Positions 16,054 to 26,138 of a DNA stretch of 32,000 nt are shown one piece after another. Each line of letters opens with the position of its first letter. Positions within the stretch are counted from its first letter, which is position 1. This stretch comes from Moraxella nasicaprae (GTDB taxonomy: Bacteria; Pseudomonadota; Gammaproteobacteria; Pseudomonadales; Moraxellaceae), in the NCBI RefSeq assembly GCF_025643275.1, contig NZ_CP089977.1, positions 1,740,001 to 1,772,000 on the forward strand, written 5' to 3'. Under the pieces are notes generated by a model. It ran no database searches and had not been told where the DNA came from. It saw only the letters and a program-made list of their open reading frames with translations. The position numbers and the translations under genes are program-made.

Positions 16054-17802
16054 ATGAGTATTAACCACATTCACGATTTTGAGATTTTAAACGAGCTTAA
16101 TGCTCATTTTACAAATTTGACCGTCCAAGAGACGGCGGACGGCATTCCCACTGTTTGGGTGGATAAAGGGCAGGTGCTTGACGTTTTGCTGTATTTACGC
16201 AAATTGCCTAAGCCCTTTGTAATGCTGGTAGATTTATCCGCCATTGATGAGCGTTTGCGTCAGCATCGTTATGGTTTGCCAAAAAGTGATTTTACCGTAT
16301 TTTATCACTTAATGAGCTTGGAGCGAAATTCTGACATTCGTATCAAGGTTGCGTTGGCAGAAGGCGAAAGCATTCCATCAGCGACCAAGATTTATCCAAA
16401 TGCCAACTGGTACGAAAGGGAAGTGTGGGATATGTTCGGTGTGGTGTTTGACGGACACCCGCATTTGACACGCATTTTATTGCCCAAATATTGGGAGGGA
16501 CACCCACTTCGTAAAGAATACCACGCACGAGCGACTGAGTTTACCCCTTATTTTCTTAATACCGCCAAACAGCAGTTTGAACAAGAAAATCTGCGTTTTG
16601 TGCCAGAAGAATGGGGCATGAAACGAAGTGGGCGAGATGAGGACTTTATGTTCCTAAACATCGGGCCTAACCACCCATCTGCTCATGGGGCGTTTCGCTT
16701 GGTGTTGCAGCTTGATGGCGAGGAGATTGTCGATTGTATTCCTGACATTGGCTACCATCATCGTGGGGCGGAGAAGATGGCAGAACGCCAAACTTGGCAC
16801 TCGTTCATTCCTTATACTGACCGCATTGACTATCTGGGCGGAGTGATGAATGAATTGCCCTATATTATGGCGGTTGAAAAACTGGCTGGCATCACAGTAC
16901 CACCACGAGCCCAAACGATTCGTGTGATGATGAGTGAATTTTTCCGCATTACCAACAACCTTTTGTATTGGGGAACATTCATTCAAGACGCTGGCGGTAT
17001 GACCCCTGTGTTTTATATGTTTGCCGACCGTCAAAAGGCGTATGATGTCATCGAGGCGGTGACAGGCTATCGTATGCACCCAGCATGGTTTAGGATTGGT
17101 GGTACAGCTCATGATTTGCCAAATGGCTGGCAAAAACTGGTCAGAGATTTCTTGGATTGGATGCCAAAACGCCTTGATGAATACTTTAAGGCAAGTATGA
17201 CCAACAGCGTGCTAAAAGGACGCACCCAAAATGTCGCCCAATACGATGCCAAACAAGCGTTGGCTTGGGGGGTGACTGGTGCAGGTCTGCGTGCTACTGG
17301 TGTTGAGTTTGACTTGCGTAAAGCTCGTCCTTATATGGGCTACGAAAACTTTGACTTTGAAGTGCCTGTGTTCTATAACGGCGATGCTTATGACAGATGC
17401 TTGGTGAAGATTGAAGAAATTCGCCAATCTCTGCGTATCATTGAGCAATGTTTAAACAATATGCCATCAGGAGCCTATAAAGCCGAACATCCACTGGCTG
17501 TACCACCACCCAAAGATCGCACTTTGCAAGACATTGAGACTTTGATTAACCACTTTGTTTCTGTGTCTTGGGGTCCTGTCATGCCAGCTGGCGAGAGTGC
17601 CTGTATGGTCGAGGGCGTAAAAGGATTGAACAGCTATTATGTCACTTCTGACAATTCAACCATGAGTTATCGCACCCGTATTCGCACGCCAACCTTTGCT
17701 CATTTGCAGCAGATGCCGTCCGTGATTAACGGCTCTTTGGTGCCTGATGCGATTATTTATCTTGCCAGCATTGATATTGTGATGGCGGATTGTGATAGAT
17801 AA
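16054..17802 (+). CDS. nuoCD: NADH-quinone oxidoreductase fused subunit C/D
   Basis: 582 aa, collinear with E. coli NuoCD ([63 protein letters not shown]). Confidence 0.95.
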   Translation: MSINHIHDFEILNELNAHFTNLTVQETADGIPTVWVDKGQVLDVLLYLRKLPKPFVMLVDLSAIDERLRQHRYGLPKSDFTVFYHLMSLERNSDIRIKVALAEGESIPSATKIYPNANWYEREVWDMFGVVFDGHPHLTRILLPKYWEGHPLRKEYHARATEFTPYFLNTAKQQFEQENLRFVPEEWGMKRSGRDEDFMFLNIGPNHPSAHGAFRLVLQLDGEEIVDCIPDIGYHHRGAEKMAERQTWHSFIPYTDRIDYLGGVMNELPYIMAVEKLAGITVPPRAQTIRVMMSEFFRITNNLLYWGTFIQDAGGMTPVFYMFADRQKAYDVIEAVTGYRMHPAWFRIGGTAHDLPNGWQKLVRDFLDWMPKRLDEYFKASMTNSVLKGRTQNVAQYDAKQALAWGVTGAGLRATGVEFDLRKARPYMGYENFDFEVPVFYNGDAYDRCLVKIEEIRQSLRIIEQCLNNMPSGAYKAEHPLAVPPPKDRTLQDIETLINHFVSVSWGPVMPAGESACMVEGVKGLNSYYVTSDNSTMSYRTRIRTPTFAHLQQMPSVINGSLVPDAIIYLASIDIVMADCDR

Positions 17803-17816
17803 TCAAGGATAACAAT

Positions 17817-18401
17817 ATGCATAAACCCATCTCACCGCAAATGTTTTATTATGGCTTTCCTGTGATTTTATTAACAAGCATTGATGAAAATAATAAAACA
17901 AACATCACACCGATTTCTTCCAGTTGGTGTTTGGGTGATAATGTGGTGATTGGGATTAGTATGCAAGGAAAGGCTTTTGAAAACATCAGGACTTGTGGGG
18001 AAGTGGTATTAAATTTACCTGATGAAACACTTTGGGAAAAAATAGAAAAGATTGCCCCGACAACTGGTAAAAATCCCGTGCCTGATTATAAGAAGTCGGA
18101 TTATCAATTTTGTGCTGATAAGTTTGAACAGGGCGGATTTACAGCCCAAAGCTCCACAAAGATAAAACCGTCTCGCATTAAAGAATGCCCATTGCAAGCC
18201 GAAACCAAAGTGGTCAATGTGAGCGAAAGGGACGGTTATGCCATTATTGAATTAAAAATTGTACAGGTTCACGCCTGCAAGAATTTGATAATGGACAATG
18301 ATAAAATCGACCCAACCAAATGGCAACCACTCATTTATAATTTTCGTCATTATCAAGGGCTTGGTGACTTGTTGGGCAAAAACTTTCGTGCATCAAAATA
18401 A
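17817..18401 (+). CDS. Flavin-reductase-like (FMN-binding split-barrel) protein inserted in the nuo operon
   Basis: 194 aa. The N-terminal FYYGFPVILLTSIDENNKTNITPISSSW..GDNVVIGIS pattern is typical of Flavin_Reduct-domain proteins. AAGGAT RBS. Starts 14 nt after the nuoCD stop. Confidence 0.7.
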   Translation: MHKPISPQMFYYGFPVILLTSIDENNKTNITPISSSWCLGDNVVIGISMQGKAFENIRTCGEVVLNLPDETLWEKIEKIAPTTGKNPVPDYKKSDYQFCADKFEQGGFTAQSSTKIKPSRIKECPLQAETKVVNVSERDGYAIIELKIVQVHACKNLIMDNDKIDPTKWQPLIYNFRHYQGLGDLLGKNFRASK

Positions 18402-18449
18402 GCACCAAAACACCCATCGGAACTTGCTGGGCTGATGATGTTAAAAGAG

Positions 18450-18487
18450 TGTGTATTTAGGATAAAATCATTGTAAGAATTTTGTAA
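18450..18487 (+). repeat. Copy B of a repeated nuo intergenic motif (spacer upstream of nuoE)
   Basis: TGTGTATTTAGGATAA-aat-CATTGTA-AGAATTTTGTAA. The 16-nt core matches copy A at 15/16 and the CATTGTA block at 7/7. Confidence 0.6.
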
Positions 18488-18545
18488 AAATATTAAATGT
18501 AAAAAAGCCAGTCTGTGGTTAAGGACTAGCAAAAAAGGTAATGTT

Positions 18546-19055
18546 ATGAAAATCGTAACTGACAAAACTCCCAAAGTCGCTATTGAGACGATTTTAACGC
18601 CTGATGAGATTGCAGGCATTGATGAATACATTCATCACTATCCACAAGCTCGTGCAGCGGTGCTCGACGCTCTTAAACTTGTCCAAAAAAGAAATGGTTG
18701 GGTCAATGACGCTCAGGTTGCCGCCATCGCCAATATGCTTGATATTGCAGTGAGTGATGTGGAGGGTGTGGCAACTTTCTTTAATCGCATTTATCGTTCG
18801 CCTGTGGGTCGCCATGTGATTTTGATTTGCGATAGTATTGCTTGCTATCTCAATGGCTACGAGGAGCTTGCCAATGCCTTTAAGCGTGAGCTTGGCATTG
18901 AGTATGGACAGACCACGCCTGATGGTCGTTTTACACTTTTGCCGATTTGCTGTTTGGGCAACTGTGATAAGGGGGCAAGTGTATTGATTGATGAGGACAC
19001 TTATGGTCCTGTACTGCCAAGTGAAGTTGCTTATTTATTGGAGCAATATCAATGA
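18546..19055 (+). CDS. nuoE: NADH-quinone oxidoreductase subunit E
   Basis: 169 aa. 2Fe-2S ligand pattern ICDSIAC...PICCLGNCDKG. Confidence 0.95.
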   Translation: MKIVTDKTPKVAIETILTPDEIAGIDEYIHHYPQARAAVLDALKLVQKRNGWVNDAQVAAIANMLDIAVSDVEGVATFFNRIYRSPVGRHVILICDSIACYLNGYEELANAFKRELGIEYGQTTPDGRFTLLPICCLGNCDKGASVLIDEDTYGPVLPSEVAYLLEQYQ

Positions 19056-20479
19056 TTTATAATGAAATGACCAACAAGGCGGACTTAAAAAGCCAAATTC
19101 AAGCACGCCAAAATGGACTTGCTCCAAGCCAGCTAAACCGCCAAAAAACACCGATTTGGGGCGTGGGGCTAGCAGATGGACAAGCTCCCACCAGTCTAAC
19201 ACACCCGCTCACTTGGCGACTATATCATCAAGATGCGGTGCTAAAATTGGCAGATTATTTGGCACTAAAAGGGTTTGATGGATTTAAGATTGCCTTAACA
19301 AAAAGCCCAAAAGAAGTGGGCGAGATGATAAAACTTGCCAATGTGCGTGGACGAGGCGGTGCTGGCTTTAACGCAGGATTAAAATGGACCTTTATGACAC
19401 CCCCAGATGGCGGTGTACGGTATCTGATTTGTAATGCCGATGAGATGGAACCGGGGACTTTTAAAGACCGCCTTTTGATGGAGCGTTTGCCGTTTCAGCT
19501 GATTGAGGGAATGCTGATTACCGCTTATGCCATTGGGGCGAGTGTCGGTTATATCTTTATTCGTGGCGAGTATATTTTGGCGGCACAGCGATTGGAAGCT
19601 GCCATTGCCGAGCTGCATGAACATGGTTTGATGGGCGATGATATTTTAGGCAGTGGCTTTAATTTTGATTTACATGTGCATACAGGAGCAGGACGATATA
19701 TTTGTGGCGAAGAGACGGCACTCATTAACTGTCTAGAAGGCAGACGAGCCAATCCACGCACCAAACCGCCATTTCCCCAAGTATCAGGAGCATGGGGTCG
19801 CCCAACGGTGGTTAATAATGTAGAAACGCTTAATAATATGTCTGCCATTTTGTTAAATGGGGTACAGTGGTATCTTGACCTTGCCAAGATTAAGGGCAAA
19901 AGCGAGACCCCTGGTACTAAAATTATGGGGTGTAGCGGTCGTGTCAAGGACGCAGGTCTTTGGGAATTGCCTTTTGGTTATACCGCACGAGAGATTATTG
20001 AATTGGCTGGCGGTATGCAAGACGGCTTGAAATTAAAAGCGTGGCTCCCCGGTGGGGCAAGTACCGACTTTTTGACCGCCAGCGATGAACACCTTGACCT
20101 TGTGATGGACTTTGACCCCATTATGAAAGCAGGCTCACGGCTTGGTACTTGTTTGATGATGGTGGTGGACGAAACCCAAGACATGGTTTCTTTGTCTAAG
20201 AATTTGCAACAATTTTTCCAAAGAGAGTCTTGTGGCTGGTGTACGCCGTGCCGAGATGGTTTGCCATGGGGGGTAAAAATCCTTGATGCCATTGACAATG
20301 GGCAGGGCAAAAGTGAAGACATTGATAAATTGTCCGAATTGACTCGTGATTTGTGGATTGGTAAGACTTTTTGTGCTCATGCTCCTGGTGCGATGGAGCC
20401 TTTGATGAGTGCGTTAAAATATTTCCGCCATGAATTTGAACAAAAAATTCCCAACCAAGCAGAGCAAGGAGAGGTGTGA
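19052..20479 (+). CDS. nuoF: NADH-quinone oxidoreductase subunit F
   Basis: RGRGGAGFNAGLKW FMN/NADH site, CNADEMEPGTFKDR, GAGRYICGEETALI and ESCGWCTPCRDG N3 cluster. ATGA overlap with nuoE. Confidence 0.95.
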   Translation: MIYNEMTNKADLKSQIQARQNGLAPSQLNRQKTPIWGVGLADGQAPTSLTHPLTWRLYHQDAVLKLADYLALKGFDGFKIALTKSPKEVGEMIKLANVRGRGGAGFNAGLKWTFMTPPDGGVRYLICNADEMEPGTFKDRLLMERLPFQLIEGMLITAYAIGASVGYIFIRGEYILAAQRLEAAIAELHEHGLMGDDILGSGFNFDLHVHTGAGRYICGEETALINCLEGRRANPRTKPPFPQVSGAWGRPTVVNNVETLNNMSAILLNGVQWYLDLAKIKGKSETPGTKIMGCSGRVKDAGLWELPFGYTAREIIELAGGMQDGLKLKAWLPGGASTDFLTASDEHLDLVMDFDPIMKAGSRLGTCLMMVVDETQDMVSLSKNLQQFFQRESCGWCTPCRDGLPWGVKILDAIDNGQGKSEDIDKLSELTRDLWIGKTFCAHAPGAMEPLMSALKYFRHEFEQKIPNQAEQGEV

Positions 20480-23400
20480 TGGCAGTCATTCATATTGATG
20501 GTAAAACCGTTGAGGTTGATGGTGCTGACAATCTGCTTTCAGCGTGCCTGTCGTTAGGGATTGATATTCCGTATTTTTGTTATCACCCAGCTTTGGGGTC
20601 GGTGGGGTCGTGCCGTCAATGTGCGGTCAAGCAGTTTAATAACGAAGAAGATATGAAAGCTGGGCGTGGTCGCCTTGTGATGAGCTGTATGGTCGCCCCT
20701 ACCAATGACATGTACATCTCGGTGGACGATGCCGAAGCCAAAGAATTTCGCAAGCGTATCGTGGAATATCTAATGACCAATCACCCCCACGATTGCCCGA
20801 CTTGTGAAGAGGGTGGTCATTGTCATTTGCAAGACATGACCTATATGTCGGGACATCGCCAAAGACGCTACCGCTTTACCAAACGCACCCACCACAACCA
20901 AGACTTAGGGGCGTTCATCAATCACGAGATGAATCGCTGTATCGCCTGTTATCGCTGTGTACGCTTTTATAAGGATTATGCAGGTGGTGCGGATTTTGGC
21001 GTGTATGCCAGCAATAATCGTGTCTATTTTGGGCGAGAAGAAAGCGGTCAATTTGAAAGCGAATTTAGCGGCAACTTAACCGAAGTTTGCCCAACAGGGG
21101 TCTTTACCGACAAAACCCACTCTGACCGCTACAACCGTAAATGGGACATGCAGTATGCCCCAAGCATTTGTCACGGCTGCTCTTCTGGTTGTAATATTTC
21201 GGCAGGGGAACGCTATGGCGAACTACGCCGTATCGAAAATCGTTACAATCACGATGTGAATGGTTATTTTTTGTGTGACCGTGGGCGTTTTGGTTATGGC
21301 TATGTCAATCGTGCTGATAGACCAGTTGTTCCTTATGCCAACGAGCTGGGAGCTAAGCGAACCATGACTGCTGATGAGGCATTAGATAGGGCGTGTGAGC
21401 TGATTAAACACAAAAAAACCATTGGTATTGGTTCGCCAGCGACCAGTCTTGAAAATAACTACGCTCTAAAAAAATTGGTTGGCGATGGTCGTTATAGTAC
21501 AGGTCAAAGCCTATCTGAGCAAATTTTGACCGATAAAGCAGTACAAGTGCTTCGCCATCAAGATGTCTATAATGTGTCTTTAAGTCAAATTGAGCAAGCG
21601 GATGCGGTATTTGTCTTGGGTGAGGATATTACGCAAACAGCTGCTCGTGTGGCGTTGTCAGTGCGTCAAGCCGCCAAAAATCTTGCCAAAACGATGGCGA
21701 CAGCATTACGCACCGAGCATTGGCTGGCTGAGCCTGTCAAGCGTATCGGTCAAACGGCATACAGCCCAATTTATGTGGTTGATGTGGTGGACACCAAGCT
21801 GTCTGACATTGCCAAAGTTTCCGCGGTGGCAAATATTGAAGAGATTGCTCGTCTTGGTTTCTTGGTTGGCGAGGTCATCGACAGTTTTGGGGTGGATTTG
21901 AATCATTTGACCAAACCGATGCTTGATGCAGATGGCGAGATGCTTGATTTGGCGTATCAGATTGCGATGGATTTGGTGCTGGCTAATCGTCCATTATTGG
22001 TGTCTGGTGCTTCACTGTCTTCGCCAAAAATCATCGAGGCGGTTGGTTTTATCGCTCAAACTTTGAGCAAAAAACGCACTGCCATCAAAGCTGCCAATGA
22101 ACAAGCAATGCAAGATTATCAGACGAGCATTGACCAGTTGGCAGGTAGCGACACGCCAACACATGATGCACAGCTGATGGCAAAACCTGAACATGAGCAT
22201 ACCAACACTGATAAGCATGAACAAGCAAAACTGCCCAGATTGCCCAAGCCAAAAGAGCTGTCAAAAGATTTTGTCACTTTGACAGGGGTATATCTTGGCT
22301 TGCCTTATGCCAATAGTGCAGGATTGAGCTTGCTTGGTGGTCAATCGGTGGAAGAGATTTTGGCGACAGATTTTGAGGCGGTCATTATTTTGGAAAATGA
22401 CATCAGCCAGCTGGTTAGCACCAATCTGTTGCAGCTTTTGCAAGGTAAGACGCTCATCGTACTAGACCATCAGCATTATGCTTGGCATCAGATGGCTGAT
22501 TTGGTTTTGTCGTCAGCCAGCTTTGCTGAGAGCGATGGTACTTTGGTGTCAGCAGAGGGTCGGGCCCAAAGATTCTTTCAGGCTTATGATAAAAAATATT
22601 ATGAGCCAGATACTCAGGTTAAGGAGGCTTGGCGTTGGTTATCAGCCATCAAGCAGACGCTGGACGGTGCACAAGATGACATTCATCTTGATGAGATTAT
22701 TGAGGCGATGGTATTTGATTATTCGGCATTGTCAGGGGTGGAGCTTGCTGCACCGACTGCCGACTATCGTATTCGTGGTCTAAAAATCGCTCGTGAGCCA
22801 CGCCGTTATTCTGGTCGTACCGCCATGCGAGCTCCGCTATCTATCCACGAGCCAATGCAGCCCAAAGACATCGATACAGCATTGACTTTCTCAATGGAAG
22901 GCTATGTGGGCAATCAAACCAATCCTGCCAGTATTCCTTTTGCATGGGCGGCAGGCTGGAACTCGCCCCAAGCGTGGAATAAATATCAAGATAAAGTGGG
23001 CGGTAAGCTTAAAGGCGGTGATGTGGGCGTGCGTCTGTTTGACCGTTTGCCACGCCTTGATGAAGTGTATCAATCATCTCGTACTACGATTACTGACACT
23101 CAGCCAACCAGTGTGTTTAATGGCATTGCCAAGCTGATTCCAATCAATCATCTGTTTGGCAGTAGTGTGATGGCAAGTCGCAGCCCTGTGGTGGCAAGTC
23201 AGCTAAAACCTGCCATGTGGTACATCAACCAACAAGATGCAGATACTTGGCAGGTCTTGTCAGGAGATTTACTTGCCATCGGCAGTGTGGCTGGGGAGAT
23301 TATTTTGCCTGTATGTATCGTGGATTATTTGCCCGATGGCTGTATCGGCTATCCTGCTGGACAAGTACCATTGTCGCCACATTTACCAACAACCGTCAAG

Positions 23401-23544
23401 CGAGTGGGCAAGGACATGCCAATTTATCAACCTGCTTATCAGCTAAGTATGCAAGATTTAACAACAAATCATTGCAACCCTTTGTTTAAAGCCAGTCTGG
23501 TATCAGGCATGGCAAGCACCAATCAAACAGCGGAGGTGGTCTGA
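20479..23544 (+). CDS. nuoG: NADH-quinone oxidoreductase subunit G
   Basis: N-terminal 2Fe-2S and 4Fe-4S cysteine motifs ([45 protein letters not shown]) plus a molybdopterin-like domain. The ATG at 20479 follows AAGGAGAGG. Confidence 0.95.
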   Translation: MAVIHIDGKTVEVDGADNLLSACLSLGIDIPYFCYHPALGSVGSCRQCAVKQFNNEEDMKAGRGRLVMSCMVAPTNDMYISVDDAEAKEFRKRIVEYLMTNHPHDCPTCEEGGHCHLQDMTYMSGHRQRRYRFTKRTHHNQDLGAFINHEMNRCIACYRCVRFYKDYAGGADFGVYASNNRVYFGREESGQFESEFSGNLTEVCPTGVFTDKTHSDRYNRKWDMQYAPSICHGCSSGCNISAGERYGELRRIENRYNHDVNGYFLCDRGRFGYGYVNRADRPVVPYANELGAKRTMTADEALDRACELIKHKKTIGIGSPATSLENNYALKKLVGDGRYSTGQSLSEQILTDKAVQVLRHQDVYNVSLSQIEQADAVFVLGEDITQTAARVALSVRQAAKNLAKTMATALRTEHWLAEPVKRIGQTAYSPIYVVDVVDTKLSDIAKVSAVANIEEIARLGFLVGEVIDSFGVDLNHLTKPMLDADGEMLDLAYQIAMDLVLANRPLLVSGASLSSPKIIEAVGFIAQTLSKKRTAIKAANEQAMQDYQTSIDQLAGSDTPTHDAQLMAKPEHEHTNTDKHEQAKLPRLPKPKELSKDFVTLTGVYLGLPYANSAGLSLLGGQSVEEILATDFEAVIILENDISQLVSTNLLQLLQGKTLIVLDHQHYAWHQMADLVLSSASFAESDGTLVSAEGRAQRFFQAYDKKYYEPDTQVKEAWRWLSAIKQTLDGAQDDIHLDEIIEAMVFDYSALSGVELAAPTADYRIRGLKIAREPRRYSGRTAMRAPLSIHEPMQPKDIDTALTFSMEGYVGNQTNPASIPFAWAAGWNSPQAWNKYQDKVGGKLKGGDVGVRLFDRLPRLDEVYQSSRTTITDTQPTSVFNGIAKLIPINHLFGSSVMASRSPVVASQLKPAMWYINQQDADTWQVLSGDLLAIGSVAGEIILPVCIVDYLPDGCIGYPAGQVPLSPHLPTTVKRVGKDMPIYQPAYQLSMQDLTTNHCNPLFKASLVSGMASTNQTAEVV

Positions 23545-24575
23545 TGGCAATTCGTCTTATTCCACCCATGCCTGAATTTTTGACAGGCGTGCTAAGCACT
23601 CAATTATGGTCGGTGCTGTTTTTGGTATTGCAAGCACTCATCATTTTTTTGGGTGTAGTCATTACCGCAGCATTGATGATTGTCTATGAACGCAGAATGT
23701 TGGCGTTATGGCAAGACCGCTATGGACCAAACCGTGTCGGTTGGCAGGGCAGTTTGCAGCTGGTTGCTGATATGTTAAAGATTTTCTTCAAAGAAGATTG
23801 GACGCCAAATTTTGCTGACAAAAAAATATTCACATTAGCACCTGCCATCGCAATGTTCACCGCTTTGGCAAGTTTTGCCATCATTCCGTTATCGCCAACT
23901 TTTGGTGTGGCAGATTGGAACATTGGGTTGCTATTTTTCTTTGCCATGGCAGGGCTTGCGGTGTACGCTGTGATGTTTGGTGGCTGGGCATCTGCCAACA
24001 AATTCTCGCTATTGGGCGGACTTCGCTCATCGGCACAGACCATCAGCTATGAAGTGTTCTTGGGTTTATCCTTGATGGGTGTGGTGGCGATGGCAGGCTC
24101 GTTTAACTTGCGAGACATTGTTGAAGCCCAAACCACAGTCTGGAATGTGGTGCCACAGTTTTTTGGCTTTTTGACTTTTGTGGTGGCAGGGGTTGCTGTC
24201 ACGCACAGACACCCATTTGACCAACCAGAAGCTGAGCAGGAGCTGGCTGAGGGCTATCATGTGGAATATTCTGGCATGAAATTTGGTATGTTTTTTATTG
24301 GCGAATATGTCAATGTGGTGCTGATTTCTGCTTTGATGACGACTTTGTTTTTTGGTGGCTGGTTGCCTCCATTTGGACTAGATATTCCATTCATTGCCCC
24401 TGTGGTGTGGTTCATGGTCAAGACCTTGTTTTTTATGACAATGTTTGTGTTGGCTCGTGGCTCGCTAATGCGTCCTAGATACGACCAAGTGATGAATTTT
24501 GGTTGGAAAGTTTGCCTGCCTGTAACTTTGCTTAATTTGTTGGTTACGGCATTGGTTATCCTATTAACGCAATAA
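23544..24575 (+). CDS. nuoH: NADH-quinone oxidoreductase subunit H
   Basis: 343-aa polytopic membrane protein with [36 protein letters not shown] and PRYDQVM. Confidence 0.95.
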   Translation: MAIRLIPPMPEFLTGVLSTQLWSVLFLVLQALIIFLGVVITAALMIVYERRMLALWQDRYGPNRVGWQGSLQLVADMLKIFFKEDWTPNFADKKIFTLAPAIAMFTALASFAIIPLSPTFGVADWNIGLLFFFAMAGLAVYAVMFGGWASANKFSLLGGLRSSAQTISYEVFLGLSLMGVVAMAGSFNLRDIVEAQTTVWNVVPQFFGFLTFVVAGVAVTHRHPFDQPEAEQELAEGYHVEYSGMKFGMFFIGEYVNVVLISALMTTLFFGGWLPPFGLDIPFIAPVVWFMVKTLFFMTMFVLARGSLMRPRYDQVMNFGWKVCLPVTLLNLLVTALVILLTQ

Positions 24576-24588
24576 TTGGTGATTTTTT

Positions 24589-25137
24589 ATGCTTTCAACT
24601 CTTAAAGAGACCGCAGTTGGTATTGCAAGCATTGTCCGCTCCATGTGGATGGTCAATAGCCATGCCTTGCGTAAACGAGATACGATTTTATATCCAGAAC
24701 AACCTGTGCCAGTACCACCTCGTTTTCGTGGGCGGATTGTCCTAACACGAGACCCAGATGGCGATGAACGCTGTGTGGCGTGCAATCTATGTGCGGTTGC
24801 TTGCCCTGTTGGTTGTATCAGCCTTCAAAAAGCGGAGCGAGAAGATGGTCGCTGGTATCCTGAATTTTTCCGCATCAATTTTAGTCGCTGTGTCTTTTGT
24901 GGCATGTGTGAAGAGGCTTGCCCAACCACTGCCATTCAACTGACCCCCGATTTTGAAATTGGCGAGTACAATCGTCAAAATCTGGTGTATGAAAAAGAAC
25001 ATCTGCTCATCTCAGGTCCAGGTAAATATCCAGAGTATAACTACTACCGAGTAACAGGCATGGCAACCCAAAACCAACCAAAAGGTTCGCACCAAAATGA
25101 AGCGGCACCGATTGATGTACGGAGTTTATTGCCATGA
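24589..25137 (+). CDS. nuoI: NADH-quinone oxidoreductase subunit I
   Basis: Two ferredoxin-type 4Fe-4S motifs, [12 protein letters not shown] and [12 protein letters not shown]. Confidence 0.95.
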   Translation: MLSTLKETAVGIASIVRSMWMVNSHALRKRDTILYPEQPVPVPPRFRGRIVLTRDPDGDERCVACNLCAVACPVGCISLQKAEREDGRWYPEFFRINFSRCVFCGMCEEACPTTAIQLTPDFEIGEYNRQNLVYEKEHLLISGPGKYPEYNYYRVTGMATQNQPKGSHQNEAAPIDVRSLLP

Positions 25138-25772
25138 TGAATACATTGATGGAATTTTTGAGCAATGCTGACCGTGTGGGATTTTATGCGTTGGCATTGG
25201 TGGCGATTTTTGCCAGTTTTCGAGTGGTGACGCATGCCAATCCTGTGCATGCCATCTTATCAATGATTGTGTCGTTGTTATCGGTGGCAGGTATTTTCTT
25301 CATTGTCGGTGCATCTTTTGCTGGCGTACTAGAAATCATCGTGTACGCAGGAGCGATTTTGGTATTGTTTGTCTTTGTGATTATGATGCTCAATCTTGGC
25401 ACTGATGTGCGTGAAGAAAAATCTTGGCTGACAGCCAACGCATGGGCAACGCCTGTGTGTTTGACGATGATTATTGCTGCTGTATTGGCAGGTCTGATTT
25501 TCCAATCGCCTGATTCGGCTCAGTCATTGAGCACGCAAAGCATTGACGCTAAACAAGTGGGCATCAGCCTATTTACTAAGTATGTGTTATTGGTAGAAGT
25601 GGCGGCATTTTTATTATTGGGTGCTTTGGTGGCGGCTTATCATTTGGGCAAAAAAGCACTGGACGATGAGAACATCAGTCATTATCAGGATAGCAAGGCA
25701 GGAGAAAATGCTGCCAACCATCAACCTGACATGCCTGTATTTAGTAATCATCATAAGGAGGGCGTGCGATGA
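25134..25772 (+). CDS. nuoJ: NADH-quinone oxidoreductase subunit J
   Basis: Hydrophobic NuoJ core ([49 protein letters not shown]). ATGA overlap with nuoI. Confidence 0.9.
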   Translation: MMNTLMEFLSNADRVGFYALALVAIFASFRVVTHANPVHAILSMIVSLLSVAGIFFIVGASFAGVLEIIVYAGAILVLFVFVIMMLNLGTDVREEKSWLTANAWATPVCLTMIIAAVLAGLIFQSPDSAQSLSTQSIDAKQVGISLFTKYVLLVEVAAFLLLGALVAAYHLGKKALDDENISHYQDSKAGENAANHQPDMPVFSNHHKEGVR

Positions 25773-26134
25773 GTGGTGTTCAGGCGGTCAATCAGCTGAC
25801 CGCACAAGCAGGGCAGACGCTGACAAATCTGGGTATTCCTGTGGCTCATGCTTTGATTTTGTGTGCGATTTTATTCGTCATTGGTTTGGTGGGTGTGATG
25901 GCTCGCCGCAATGTGCTTTTTATGTTGATGAGTCTTGAAATCATGATGAATGCTACTGCGTTAGCGTTCGTGATTGGTGGCAATGTCTGGGGTAGTGCTG
26001 ATGGTCAGGTGATGTTTATTTTTGTACTAACTTTGGCAGCAGCAGAGGCAGCGATTGGATTGGCGATTTTGTTGCAGTTTTATCATAGATTTCGCAATCT
26101 TGATGTGAATCAAGCCAGTCATTTAAGAGGGTAA
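25769..26134 (+). CDS. nuoK: NADH-quinone oxidoreductase subunit K
   Basis: The core [19 protein letters not shown]...[13 protein letters not shown] matches NuoK. The ATG at 25769 follows AAGGAGG and overlaps the nuoJ stop (ATGA). Confidence 0.9.
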   Translation: MSGVQAVNQLTAQAGQTLTNLGIPVAHALILCAILFVIGLVGVMARRNVLFMLMSLEIMMNATALAFVIGGNVWGSADGQVMFIFVLTLAAAEAAIGLAILLQFYHRFRNLDVNQASHLRG

Positions 26135-26138
26135 GAAT

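Noticed and set aside
16654-17133. 159-aa minus-strand ORF inside nuoCD, and similar antisense ORFs inside nuoF, nuoG and nuoL (for example 19549-19947, 19978-20322, 27600-27947)
   Set aside because: They lie opposite highly conserved complex I genes, and they have no RBS or family signal. These are typical shadow ORFs.
25829-25840. Alternative internal GTG start for nuoK that would give the canonical length of about 100 aa
   Set aside because: That GTG has no Shine-Dalgarno sequence upstream. The ATG at 25769 has AAGGAGG at ideal spacing and an ATGA overlap with nuoJ. Only N-terminal proteomics can settle it.
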